Source: Candidatus Micrarchaeota archaeon | Lineage (GTDB): Archaea > Micrarchaeota > Micrarchaeia > Micrarchaeales > CABMGC01 | Assembly: GCA_021828295.1 (NCBI GenBank) | Contig: JAKASF010000001.1 | Coordinates: 2,702-66,701 of the forward strand | Reading direction: 5' to 3' | Length of the DNA: 64,000 nucleotides | Part shown: one piece after another, positions 8,739 to 17,696 of the stretch | How positions within the stretch are numbered: position 1 is the stretch's first letter | Layout: every line of letters starts with the position of its first letter | The notes under the pieces: generated by a model | Seen by the model: the letters and a program-made list of their open reading frames with translations, nothing else | What the model was told of the DNA's origin: nothing | Databases searched by the model: none | Translations under genes and position numbers: made by a program

Positions 8739-8766
8739 GATGCGTATTTCAGTATGTGAAGAGAGA

Positions 8767-9930
8767 ATGAGGGGTAATCTTGCGCTTCTTCTCATTTCAA
8801 TTCTGCTGCTAGCCGGATCTGCGGCCGCAGCCCCCGCACCGACAAATCCGCTGACCTGCATCTCCTCCGCGCCGGCGATAGGCGGCAGCGCGATAAGCAT
8901 AGCGCTCGTTGCCCTACTCGTCTCGCTCAACGTAATCGCCATAGGCTACATAATCAGCAAGCTCGTGCCCGGGACAAAACTGGGCGACTGGGTGAGGAGC
9001 GAGTTCTGGGAGGTGGCAAAATCTGGCATGCTGATCGCCGGCGCGTTCGCCGCCATCGTGTTCATAGGCAACGTCTCCTCCATACTCGCCGGCCCCGGTG
9101 CCGTATCGGCTGGAACGACATCGAGCTTCGCGGCCTCCGCCTCTCTGGTCAACGGCGCATGCAGCTATCTCAACGGCGAGCAGGTCTTCATGTCAGATGC
9201 TTTCAACTATCTGCTAGGCATAGCCGGGAGCCTAGGCGCTCTGGCGCAGCTGCAGGTGAGCGCCTATTTCCCGTACCCTCCCGTGCCCGTGGGGTTCCTG
9301 CCGGTCGACTTCCAGTTCGGTTTCCGACTCAACCCGTACAAGAACGGCATGCTCACCGTCGTGTCCAAGACACAGTGGAAGTCGATCCTCGGAGACTCCA
9401 TCTACCTCATAGCGCTGCCTGTGTCGTTCATCATCTCGCTGCAGATCACAATGCTTCCCATACTCTACCTGCTGGGAATAGGCATGCTGATACCTATGGG
9501 GATAATCTTCCGGGCGTTCCCGTTCACCAGAGGCATAGGCGGAGCCCTGTTCGCCATTGGGGTCGGCGTTTCACTCATCTACCCTACGCTTCTGGTGCTG
9601 CTCAATGCCCCGGTCACCAGCGCGCTGCAGACCCTGAGCGCTCCGGAGGCGCAGTCCGGAGCCTGCAACTTCAATTGGCTTATATGCGGCCTTGCAAGCC
9701 CCCTCCTCTCGATGATTAGCTCGTTCCAGGGCATCGGCACCGCGTTCGCAAGCTTCAGCAGCATCTTTCCCGCGCTCAACGGCATACTCTCATACGCCGC
9801 GTTCATGATACTGCAGTTCGTACTTTTCGTGCTCGATCTCGCCATAACTTATTCGCTCGCCAACAACATAGCCGGAGTGCTAGGCGGCACGATAAGGCTG
9901 GAGATAGGAGGCAAGCTTAAGCTGAGGTAG
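8767..9930 (+). CDS. Polytopic membrane protein, array paralogue 1 (VirB6/TrbL/CedA-like candidate)
   Basis: Signal-like N-terminus MRGNLALLLISILLLAGSAAAAP. Family motif IIFRAFPFTRGIGGALFAIGVGVSLIYP. The C-terminal tail ...GVLGGTIRLEIGGKLKLR is shared with the other paralogues. Confidence 0.7.
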   Translation: MRGNLALLLISILLLAGSAAAAPAPTNPLTCISSAPAIGGSAISIALVALLVSLNVIAIGYIISKLVPGTKLGDWVRSEFWEVAKSGMLIAGAFAAIVFIGNVSSILAGPGAVSAGTTSSFAASASLVNGACSYLNGEQVFMSDAFNYLLGIAGSLGALAQLQVSAYFPYPPVPVGFLPVDFQFGFRLNPYKNGMLTVVSKTQWKSILGDSIYLIALPVSFIISLQITMLPILYLLGIGMLIPMGIIFRAFPFTRGIGGALFAIGVGVSLIYPTLLVLLNAPVTSALQTLSAPEAQSGACNFNWLICGLASPLLSMISSFQGIGTAFASFSSIFPALNGILSYAAFMILQFVLFVLDLAITYSLANNIAGVLGGTIRLEIGGKLKLR

Positions 9931-9931
9931 T

Positions 9932-11326
9932 GTGATGTTCGGCATAGCAAGTATACTGCTGGATGCGTCGACACCCAGCCCCACCGCCGCGTGCGGAGTC
10001 CAGGCGGCATCTGGCTGGCTCGGGATAGACGGTCTGGTGGTACTCGCCATAGTGACAGTTGCCGCGTTCATCTACGTGCTTGCAAACTTCCTTCCAGCGG
10101 CGAGGCGCGAGAAGCTGCGCGGCGCAGCGAACTACGAGATACTCGAGGCGCTCTTCAGCCTTGCCTTGGTGGTCGTGCTCTTCGTGGCGTGGTCAGCGGC
10201 GTGCAACATAGGCCCGCTCCTGACCCAGTCGACTACATCTACTTCAACGTATCAGGGGCTCTTCGGCGCAGACACGACGTATCTCGGCAACCTGCTCTAC
10301 CTCAACGGCGTCAACCTGGTCAGCAACCTCTACTCTACGTCGATAGGCTACATGATCGTTGCCAACATCTGGTACCTAGGCGCTACGGAAACCGCTAACT
10401 TCTTCGGCAGCAATCCGGTCAGCGTCCTCGGGAAGACGATCCCCGGAGCAACCTCGTCGCTGAACCCGCAGGTTGACGTCCTCTTCACCGAGTTCTCCGA
10501 ACTGTTCACCGCCATCTACGGCGCCCTGCTTGTCGGCGCTTTCAGCACCCTCTTCGTGCTCTCGTTCATCCTGCCCATAATAGAGGCCGGGGCCTTCGCC
10601 GTGGTCATACCCGTGGCGATAATAATGCGTTCGATCCCGTTCGCAGGCCCTGCGCTGAGGCGCACGTCCAACGCGTTCATAGCCTTGGCCATCGGCTTCT
10701 ATCTCGTGCTCCCCCTCATGATCGCATTCAACTCCTACGTCGCCACGTGCCTCAACATACCATACGGCGGCGGAACCGCCTCGTGCAACTACCTCAACAG
10801 CTTCCCTCAGATAAAGCAGTACCTTTCCGGCTATGCCAGCGTCGGCTCCCTCACCTCCGCAACAGCATCGATCTTCACGTCAACCGCAACGTCCGGCTAT
10901 GTCTCATCCAGCGGCTTAAGCGGGGTTAGCTGTGCCTCGCCAGACGACTACGTGTATGAGAGCACATGTGGGGATTCAAGCACCATAAAGCCCGGGAGCT
11001 GTCAACCCTTCTCATCTATCGAGAGCCAGGTCTGCGGAACGTACGCGATAAGCGGAACGAGCAGCAGCTACCTGCCCACAGGCGCGGCCACGCCGCTGAC
11101 CTTCTACAGCACCGCCTTCACCGGGCTTAACCAGTTCATCACGGAGATGTTCAACAGCCCCCAGGAGGCCGAGTACTACGGCAGCGCGGTCGCGTCCTAC
11201 CTCTTCCTGAGCGTAGTGATGCTTGCGATAGACCTGGCGATAACGGTCGGGTTCGTCTACGGCCTCTCAAAGGCCCTGGACTCTTTCGGCCAGCTCTTCG
11301 GCAGCGGGCCGGTATTGGGTGAATGA
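9932..11326 (+). CDS. Polytopic membrane protein, array paralogue 2, with one Cys-rich YVYE module
   Basis: GTG 9932/ATG 9935, 1 nt after the previous stop. Motif IIMRSIPFAGPALRRTSNAFIALAIGFYLVLP. Loop CASPDDYVYESTCGDSSTIKPGSCQPFSSIESQVC. Confidence 0.7.
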   Translation: MMFGIASILLDASTPSPTAACGVQAASGWLGIDGLVVLAIVTVAAFIYVLANFLPAARREKLRGAANYEILEALFSLALVVVLFVAWSAACNIGPLLTQSTTSTSTYQGLFGADTTYLGNLLYLNGVNLVSNLYSTSIGYMIVANIWYLGATETANFFGSNPVSVLGKTIPGATSSLNPQVDVLFTEFSELFTAIYGALLVGAFSTLFVLSFILPIIEAGAFAVVIPVAIIMRSIPFAGPALRRTSNAFIALAIGFYLVLPLMIAFNSYVATCLNIPYGGGTASCNYLNSFPQIKQYLSGYASVGSLTSATASIFTSTATSGYVSSSGLSGVSCASPDDYVYESTCGDSSTIKPGSCQPFSSIESQVCGTYAISGTSSSYLPTGAATPLTFYSTAFTGLNQFITEMFNSPQEAEYYGSAVASYLFLSVVMLAIDLAITVGFVYGLSKALDSFGQLFGSGPVLGE

Positions 11327-13227
11327 TGCAGCGCTTTGTGTTTGTCTTTGCTCTGCTCGCGTTCGCGGGCCTCTTCGGCAGCGGAGTCGCGGCAAGCACT
11401 AGCAGCACCCTCATCACTCCCTACTCGGCCTTCCAGGGATGGCTCCCCATAGTCTTCCTCGGCATACTCGTCAGCATAATGATCACCGCCTTCTACTACG
11501 TGCTCGGTGTCCTGCTTGACAACAAGAACGTGAAGAGCAGGGCCGTGGGAGAGTTCGCTCAGGCCACCGGCACAGCCATGCTCGTGGTGATAATACTGGG
11601 AGTCTTCGCCCTCATGGGCACCGGGCAGCTCTCGTTCGTATCGCTGCTCTCGCAGTCTTCGCTCGGCACCGTCTGCGGCCAGCTATACAGCTCGCCCCTA
11701 ACGCTGCTGGCCAACCAGCAGCCATCTGGAGTGCCCACGGCCACTAACACGATATGCGAATCCGCAACAGGTTCGCTCGGGGATCCGGTCACGAATAGCG
11801 TGGATTACGGACTGTACGCAGCGTACATAGTGATGGACAACCTCACAACCCAGGCTGCGAACAACATGAACGCGATGTACCTGACAGAGGGTTGGCTAGG
11901 CTTCCTTGCAAACTTCAACGCTTACGTGCAGGTCTGTGCCCCGCAGGACACCTGCATAGTGCCCCTGGCGCCCAGGGTGTTCAACATCCAGACGCAGTAC
12001 ACGCCCCTCGCCGGCTACACCTCTCTCACAACGCTGCTCAACCCGGTAGAAACAGAGTCGGTGCTCACATTCTATATCCTCTTCATACAGATGCTCGTGA
12101 TAACCATATTCCTCTACGCCTGGCCGTTCATTCTCGCGGCAGGCATACTGCTCAGGTCGACGTTCTTCACCAGAAAACTGGGTGGACTCCTGGTTGCGAT
12201 AACGCTTGCCATGGTGGTGGTGCTCCCTCTTACATATCTACTAGAGTACACCGCTTTTACGAACCTGAACCTTGGCCCGATAGGTGCAAGCAGCATACCC
12301 AACCAGGAGCTCTACGAGCAGAACGGCGCAAGCGTGGCAGTATACGGCATGCCTTCGCAGGGATACGTGCCAGCGTCTGCGGCAGGCGCGACCGGCTGCG
12401 CACCTTCCGATTATGTTTATTCTACAACATGCACCGCTCCATATTCCATAGGCAGCTCGCCGGCATGCGTGCCGTTCTCGCAGGCGCAGACGAGACTATG
12501 CCTCCAGGGCGGTTACGTGTCTGCTACGACAACCCAGAACCTACACAGCTCGTGTGTCGGTTCTTCGCACGGTAGTGTAGGATATGTGTATGAAACCCAG
12601 TGCGGTGTTCCCGATACCGCAGGTCAGCAATGCTCGTCCGACCCTTCACCTTCAAGCCTCTGCCCGACCAGCGGCTACGTGCTTTCGTCTTCGCTCTCCA
12701 CAAATCTCTGCGACCCGAGCACGCCCTACATATACGAGACCACGTGCGGAGACAGCTCTAGCATTGTGTCAAGCTCCTGCACAGCCAATCCTGTAAATTC
12801 AGGCACGGGGCAGGTGAACCTGTGCGTCGCGCCGCTCGACGCCAACATCAACTTCTTCGTGCTGCCCAACGTCGGCCAGGTGACCGGCTACTACGGCTGC
12901 AACGTTGGCGGTGACCTGCTCGCCAACGAGCTGGAGTTCGCCTCATGGTACCTCACTCCGCTCAATGCGTACTATGCGTTATCGCTTGCCGGGGGCCTGA
13001 TCGGGTCGCTGCCGCAGACTCCGCTCAACGGTTTCATACCAAACACGTGCACCCCAACAAACGCGCTCAACGCCGTCTTCGCGCTCGCAAACTCGTACGG
13101 TATAGTCTTCGTCTCCAGCATCTTCACTCTCATATTCAACGCCCTCATCGCGATCGCCGCTGTCTCGGGGCTGGCGACGCTGATGGGCGGTGACACAAGC
13201 ATACTCGGAATGGGTAGACTGATATGA
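11323..13227 (+). CDS. Polytopic membrane protein, array paralogue 3, with three Cys-rich modules
   Basis: ATGA start/stop overlap with paralogue 2. Motif ILLRSTFFTRKLGGLLVAITLAMVVVLP. Loops CAPSDYVYSTTC..., GYVYETQCGVPDTAGQQC..., PYIYETTCGDSSSIVSSSC... Confidence 0.7.
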   Translation: MMQRFVFVFALLAFAGLFGSGVAASTSSTLITPYSAFQGWLPIVFLGILVSIMITAFYYVLGVLLDNKNVKSRAVGEFAQATGTAMLVVIILGVFALMGTGQLSFVSLLSQSSLGTVCGQLYSSPLTLLANQQPSGVPTATNTICESATGSLGDPVTNSVDYGLYAAYIVMDNLTTQAANNMNAMYLTEGWLGFLANFNAYVQVCAPQDTCIVPLAPRVFNIQTQYTPLAGYTSLTTLLNPVETESVLTFYILFIQMLVITIFLYAWPFILAAGILLRSTFFTRKLGGLLVAITLAMVVVLPLTYLLEYTAFTNLNLGPIGASSIPNQELYEQNGASVAVYGMPSQGYVPASAAGATGCAPSDYVYSTTCTAPYSIGSSPACVPFSQAQTRLCLQGGYVSATTTQNLHSSCVGSSHGSVGYVYETQCGVPDTAGQQCSSDPSPSSLCPTSGYVLSSSLSTNLCDPSTPYIYETTCGDSSSIVSSSCTANPVNSGTGQVNLCVAPLDANINFFVLPNVGQVTGYYGCNVGGDLLANELEFASWYLTPLNAYYALSLAGGLIGSLPQTPLNGFIPNTCTPTNALNAVFALANSYGIVFVSSIFTLIFNALIAIAAVSGLATLMGGDTSILGMGRLI

Positions 13228-14570
13228 GGCCTAGCAAATACCTTGCATTTATCGCATTCGTCGCGATCTTTTCGATAGCTTCGGCTTCGTCAAGCATACT
13301 TCCCGGGCTCACCAACCTCTGCACTACCGAGCTCTCGGGCTCTCCAGGCAGCTTCACAAACGTGCCGACGAGCGCCATCGGTAACATAACTGGCATATCG
13401 CTGCTGATAGTGCTGCTCGTCTTCACTGTGCTCGGGCTCACGTACGGCGTAGGCATAGCGTTCGGGATAGAGAGCCTGCGCACCTTCACCAAGACAGAGG
13501 CGCTGGAGGGCGTTCTGACAGTAGCAATAATAGTCTTCGTTTCCGGCGGGCTGCTGTTCGCCGGAGGCGCAATCTCGTTCCTGTCGAACCTCGGTCTCAG
13601 CGGGCTGTCATCTGCCATCTCTACGATCTCGGGCTACGTTCCCGCCAGCTCCGTATCGGGCACTCCGTGCCCGTCAAGCAGCTACGTCTACGAAACATCG
13701 TGCGGCGATACCGGCAGCGCCACATTGCAAGCGTGGGTGCTGCAAGGCACATCGGTGGTTTACGACCAGTATACAGATTGCCGCAGCTCCTCCACCAAGA
13801 CCGGGCAGTCTATACAGCTCTACCAGATCTCCCAGTACGAATGCCCATCGAGCCCGCAGGCGGTCTCGTTCACCTCGTCGTACGACGTCTACAACAACCT
13901 CTGCAGCAATTTCATAAACACAGGCGTGAACAACGCCGTCGGCAACGCCATCTCCCCGATAGTCACCCTGTATCTGATTAACGCGCTGCACGACTCGAAG
14001 ATATCGCTCGCGCCCAACGGCGTCGGCGTTGTTTTCGAACCCTTCTTCGGGACGCAGCCGGAGATAACCATAATAGGGGACCAGCTTGGCGCGTACTTCG
14101 GCGTTACCATAATGTATCTCGGCCTCTCGTTCATGCTCATCTTCATCTATGCCGTATTCCCATTCTTCCTCTACGCCGGGGTGCTGCTGAGGTCGCTGCC
14201 GTGGACCCGCGCCGCCGGTGGCTCGCTCATAGCCTTCTTCTTCGCGTTCTACATACTCTTCCCGGCACTGCTCTACCCGTTCTCCATCTCAACCGTGACG
14301 GTCAACGGCTACCTGAACTCTCTGGGCGTGAGCGCCTACACCTCTTACGACCAGCTCACCGGCGTGGCAACCCAGCTGAGCAGCTCCCTGTTCGGCATCG
14401 GCATGTCCAACGAGATCGCCGCCTTCGCGCAGTCGCTCGCGGGGATAGGAATCACATTCTTGGGAGTTATCATAGCAATAGTAGTCTGCTTCGACTTCGT
14501 TGAGGTGCTCGGAGACCTGCTCGGGGCTCCGTCACTGCATTCCAGGAACCTGCTGAGCAAGGTGATATGA
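13224..14570 (+). CDS. Polytopic membrane protein, array paralogue 4, with one Cys-rich module
   Basis: ATGA overlap with paralogue 3. Motif VLLRSLPWTRAAGGSLIAFFFAFYILFP. Loop GYVPASSVSGTPCPSSSYVYETSCGDTGS. Confidence 0.7.
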   Translation: MRPSKYLAFIAFVAIFSIASASSSILPGLTNLCTTELSGSPGSFTNVPTSAIGNITGISLLIVLLVFTVLGLTYGVGIAFGIESLRTFTKTEALEGVLTVAIIVFVSGGLLFAGGAISFLSNLGLSGLSSAISTISGYVPASSVSGTPCPSSSYVYETSCGDTGSATLQAWVLQGTSVVYDQYTDCRSSSTKTGQSIQLYQISQYECPSSPQAVSFTSSYDVYNNLCSNFINTGVNNAVGNAISPIVTLYLINALHDSKISLAPNGVGVVFEPFFGTQPEITIIGDQLGAYFGVTIMYLGLSFMLIFIYAVFPFFLYAGVLLRSLPWTRAAGGSLIAFFFAFYILFPALLYPFSISTVTVNGYLNSLGVSAYTSYDQLTGVATQLSSSLFGIGMSNEIAAFAQSLAGIGITFLGVIIAIVVCFDFVEVLGDLLGAPSLHSRNLLSKVI

Positions 14571-14571
14571 G

Positions 14572-15621
14572 ATGAACGCGCTGCCATTTATGCTGACGAT
14601 CCAGAGCTACCTCACGTCGCCGCTCAATTACTGGTTCCCGGTAGCGTTCACTGCCGCCGTTGCGGTGATAGCAGTGCTCGCCATGATACTCATGTTTGGC
14701 TCATTCGTGGGCGCCGAGAGGCTGAGGGCGTGGGTGCGCGCCAAGATCTACGACGTGCTCATGTCCATAGTGCTCATGCTCGTCTTCCTCGCCGCAGTCA
14801 CGGCCGTGTTCTCGCAGAACGTGGTTCAGGTATTCAGCGCCGTGGGCCTGGCGCCCGGCGCGTGCACCGGCAGCGGATCGGGCACAGACCTTACCTCGCT
14901 TGCGACGTGCGACATGTGGAATTTCAATGGCTATGTGCAGACCTTTAACATCATAATCTTCTGGACAGCGCTGCGTTTCTCCTTTGTGCCCCAAATAGAT
15001 CTGAGCTACGAGGGTCCCTACTCGGGTACCGGCTTCGAGACCAAGATAACGCCGACACCGTCCGCGCTGGACAGCTTTGAGGGCTACCTTCTCGACGCGC
15101 TGTACACAGCGTTCGTGATCTCGCAGGTTCAGCTTCTGCTCCTCGGGGCGTCGCTGCTGCTCTTCTCAGTGCTTATGAGCGTGGGCCTGATATCTAGGCT
15201 TTTCGTGGTCACGCGCAGCTTCGGCGGAGCGCTGATAGCGCTAGCCATGGGCCTCGGGATAATCTATCCGTTGATGGTGAGCATCATCTACGGCTACATA
15301 GACGTCGGCATCTCAAGCGCATGCGTTGCTTCCGTGAGCGGCACCCCAATCTGCCTGATAGCCGATATCCCGGCGATCCTGACGTTGGTAAACGGCGTAA
15401 CCCTCCTGGTTGTCGGGATAGTGGTGCAGGGGGTCGTGGGTATCGCGGGCATCTCGCTCCCATTCCTCTTCCAGTTCTTCGAGATCGCAGGATTCGTCGG
15501 GGTAGGCTTGGTGATAGCCCCGGTGCTGACGTTTCTTATGGTAGATGTGTTTGTCATAGACTTTTCGCAGGTAGTGGGCGAGCGCATGGACTTCATGTCC
15601 CTGCTCACCGGAATCATATGA
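14572..15621 (+). CDS. Polytopic membrane protein, array paralogue 5
   Basis: Starts 1 nt after the previous stop. Motif GLISRLFVVTRSFGGALIALAMGLGIIYP. C-terminal tail FVIDFSQVVGERMDFMSLLTGII. Confidence 0.7.
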   Translation: MNALPFMLTIQSYLTSPLNYWFPVAFTAAVAVIAVLAMILMFGSFVGAERLRAWVRAKIYDVLMSIVLMLVFLAAVTAVFSQNVVQVFSAVGLAPGACTGSGSGTDLTSLATCDMWNFNGYVQTFNIIIFWTALRFSFVPQIDLSYEGPYSGTGFETKITPTPSALDSFEGYLLDALYTAFVISQVQLLLLGASLLLFSVLMSVGLISRLFVVTRSFGGALIALAMGLGIIYPLMVSIIYGYIDVGISSACVASVSGTPICLIADIPAILTLVNGVTLLVVGIVVQGVVGIAGISLPFLFQFFEIAGFVGVGLVIAPVLTFLMVDVFVIDFSQVVGERMDFMSLLTGII

Positions 15622-15631
15622 GGATGTCGGA

Positions 15632-16813
15632 ATGATCGGAAGAAAGGAGATCGCAATCTGGCTCGTGGTCCTGGCCGCGCTGCTAGCAGGAACTGCGTTT
15701 GCCGCGGTCCCGTCCTCAAGCGCATCATCGAGCTCCTCCGGCTGCACCATCTCCGCATTCGCGGGCGAGATCTCCCCTTGGTACTGCAGCCAGCTCAACC
15801 AGGCAGTTGCAAGCGTGTGGTACGAGTGGGCGCCTGTCGTGTTCATCGCGGTCCTGCTCTCTTTCTCGATATCCGCACTGATATTCCTCACAGGTGTAGC
15901 GATGCGCAGCGAGAAGCTGAGGAATTTTGGCATCGGCGAGCTGTACGAGACAGTGGCGACGCTTCTGATAGCCGCGTTCTTCCTTCTCTTGTCGGCCATA
16001 CTCTTCGGCATCCTTCCGTTCCCGATAACCGGCCCGCTAAATCCCTACACCACCTCGCTCACCTACATAGGCCATGTCATAAACTCCACGCAGACCCTGA
16101 TAACGAGCATGTACAATCCCATCATGATAGACTCCATGTACGCAAGCATCTCGCTCGGGGTCTGCGTTGGCAAGAGTACCGAAGCCAATGGCTGCGAAGG
16201 AAACACGCAATCGGCTTCTGGCGTCTCGGGATCGGGAGTTGCCACGCGGCTCGCAGGGGGCCTGGCGCAAAACGTGTTCAACAAGCTCGCTCCGGCGATC
16301 GCGCAGTTCTTCCTCATACCCGCAAACGCGGTCATGGGACTGCTGTCGGACGGCCTGCTCGCCCTCTACGCCGAGTTCTACTTCATACTCTTCTTCATGT
16401 ACATATCCATACCCGTGCTCCTCGTTCCTGGCGTGGTCCTCAGGGCCATCTTTCCGCTCAGGGCGGTGGGGGGCATGATGATAGCCGCGGCGTTCTCCTT
16501 CTTCCTTGTCATGCCTGTGCTCTTCAGCGTGGCGTACATACTCACGAGCCCCGGCCTGGTCTACCAGCTCAACCAGCAGGCGGCGCTGATAAGCGCCAAC
16601 GGGCAGGGCACGTCAGCGCAGACGAACGCGGACAGCGCGTCATCGGTACTGGCCCAGGAGGTGCAGGGGGTGCAGAGCGAGATGGGCGGCTACTTCCTGT
16701 CTGTGCTTTTCTACCCCGCGCTCATACTCGCGCTCTCCTATACAACGATGACCATAATCGCCGACTTCATAGGCGGCGCGTCGCAGATGAGCAGCAAGCT
16801 CAGGCTGATATAG
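15632..16813 (+). CDS. Polytopic membrane protein, array paralogue 6
   Basis: 10-nt spacer containing a purine-rich GAGGA. Motif VVLRAIFPLRAVGGMMIAAAFSFFLVMP. C-terminal tail IIADFIGGASQMSSKLRLI. Confidence 0.7.
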   Translation: MIGRKEIAIWLVVLAALLAGTAFAAVPSSSASSSSSGCTISAFAGEISPWYCSQLNQAVASVWYEWAPVVFIAVLLSFSISALIFLTGVAMRSEKLRNFGIGELYETVATLLIAAFFLLLSAILFGILPFPITGPLNPYTTSLTYIGHVINSTQTLITSMYNPIMIDSMYASISLGVCVGKSTEANGCEGNTQSASGVSGSGVATRLAGGLAQNVFNKLAPAIAQFFLIPANAVMGLLSDGLLALYAEFYFILFFMYISIPVLLVPGVVLRAIFPLRAVGGMMIAAAFSFFLVMPVLFSVAYILTSPGLVYQLNQQAALISANGQGTSAQTNADSASSVLAQEVQGVQSEMGGYFLSVLFYPALILALSYTTMTIIADFIGGASQMSSKLRLI

Positions 16814-16857
16814 AAAGATTATAAATGAGCGATGCATGAACCTATACGGGGTCTCCC

Positions 16858-17688
16858 TTGGCTATTTCGCAGAAGTTCCTTTTCTCGATCCTGATGCTAA
16901 TCTCGCTGATATTCATAATAGGCATCTACCTGCTCGATGTGCCAGCAGTCTTCAAGCTCGTGCTTGCAGTCCTCGCGCTCGCCTTCGACCTTCTCGCCTT
17001 CTCCACAAAGCTCTACATGAGTTTCTTCATCCCGTTCCTGAAGGCCAAGAACCGCACCGTTACCCTGGAGGCCGACGAGGCGTTCAACATGGCTCCCTCG
17101 GGCAACGCGATAGTGGTCAGGAGGGGCGGCAGCGTGTACGCCAGCGCATTCATCACCATACCAACCTACAGGTCCGCCACCGAGATGAACAACGAGGAGA
17201 AGATAGATTTCGCCAGGCTGTTCAGCAGGGCGCTCACTATATCGAAGAGCTCGGTCAAGTTCGCGACGCAGCTCTACGTGATCAACAAGGATGCTTACAT
17301 AAGCAACATCCGCGGCAGGCTCGACGAGGCGGAGGAGAAGTACCAGAACGCGAGCATGAACCCGCAGATGAAGAAGGCTGATTCGGAGCGCACACGCGGA
17401 GAGGCCACAATGTGGCACAACCTCTACGACAACGTCAACAAGGTGGGCTCTCAGGCCCTGGAGGCGTTCGCGATGGTCAGCGCCGAGGGCGGCACCGAGG
17501 AGGAGGCGATAAACCTGGTGCTCCAGCGCGCCGACGAGATAGCCTCTGGGGTAAGCTCCGTCTTCGGCGTCAGCGCCGCGGTGGTGGAGGGCGAAGACCT
17601 GCTGAGGTTCGTGGAGCCCGACCACATGATACCGCCAATAACAGTTGGCGAGCAGCTGCGCGAGAAGAACATGGCTGCTGAGATGTAG
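16858..17688 (+). CDS. 2-TM + soluble-domain protein, copy 1 (VirB3/VirB4-N-terminal-like candidate)
   Basis: TTG start about 30 nt downstream of ATTATAAAT (16817-16826). Two N-terminal TM helices are followed by ...KSSVKFATQLYVINKDAYISNIRGRLDEAEEKYQ. It is a paralogue of 17697..18521 and 61153..61884. Confidence 0.6.
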   Translation: MAISQKFLFSILMLISLIFIIGIYLLDVPAVFKLVLAVLALAFDLLAFSTKLYMSFFIPFLKAKNRTVTLEADEAFNMAPSGNAIVVRRGGSVYASAFITIPTYRSATEMNNEEKIDFARLFSRALTISKSSVKFATQLYVINKDAYISNIRGRLDEAEEKYQNASMNPQMKKADSERTRGEATMWHNLYDNVNKVGSQALEAFAMVSAEGGTEEEAINLVLQRADEIASGVSSVFGVSAAVVEGEDLLRFVEPDHMIPPITVGEQLREKNMAAEM

Positions 17689-17696
17689 GTGAATGC

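Noticed and set aside
8740-8766. Upstream ATG at 8740 as the start of array paralogue 1
   Set aside because: It abuts the TATA box (8731-8738). The ATG at 8767 gives a clean signal-peptide-like N-terminus at the expected distance from the TATA box.
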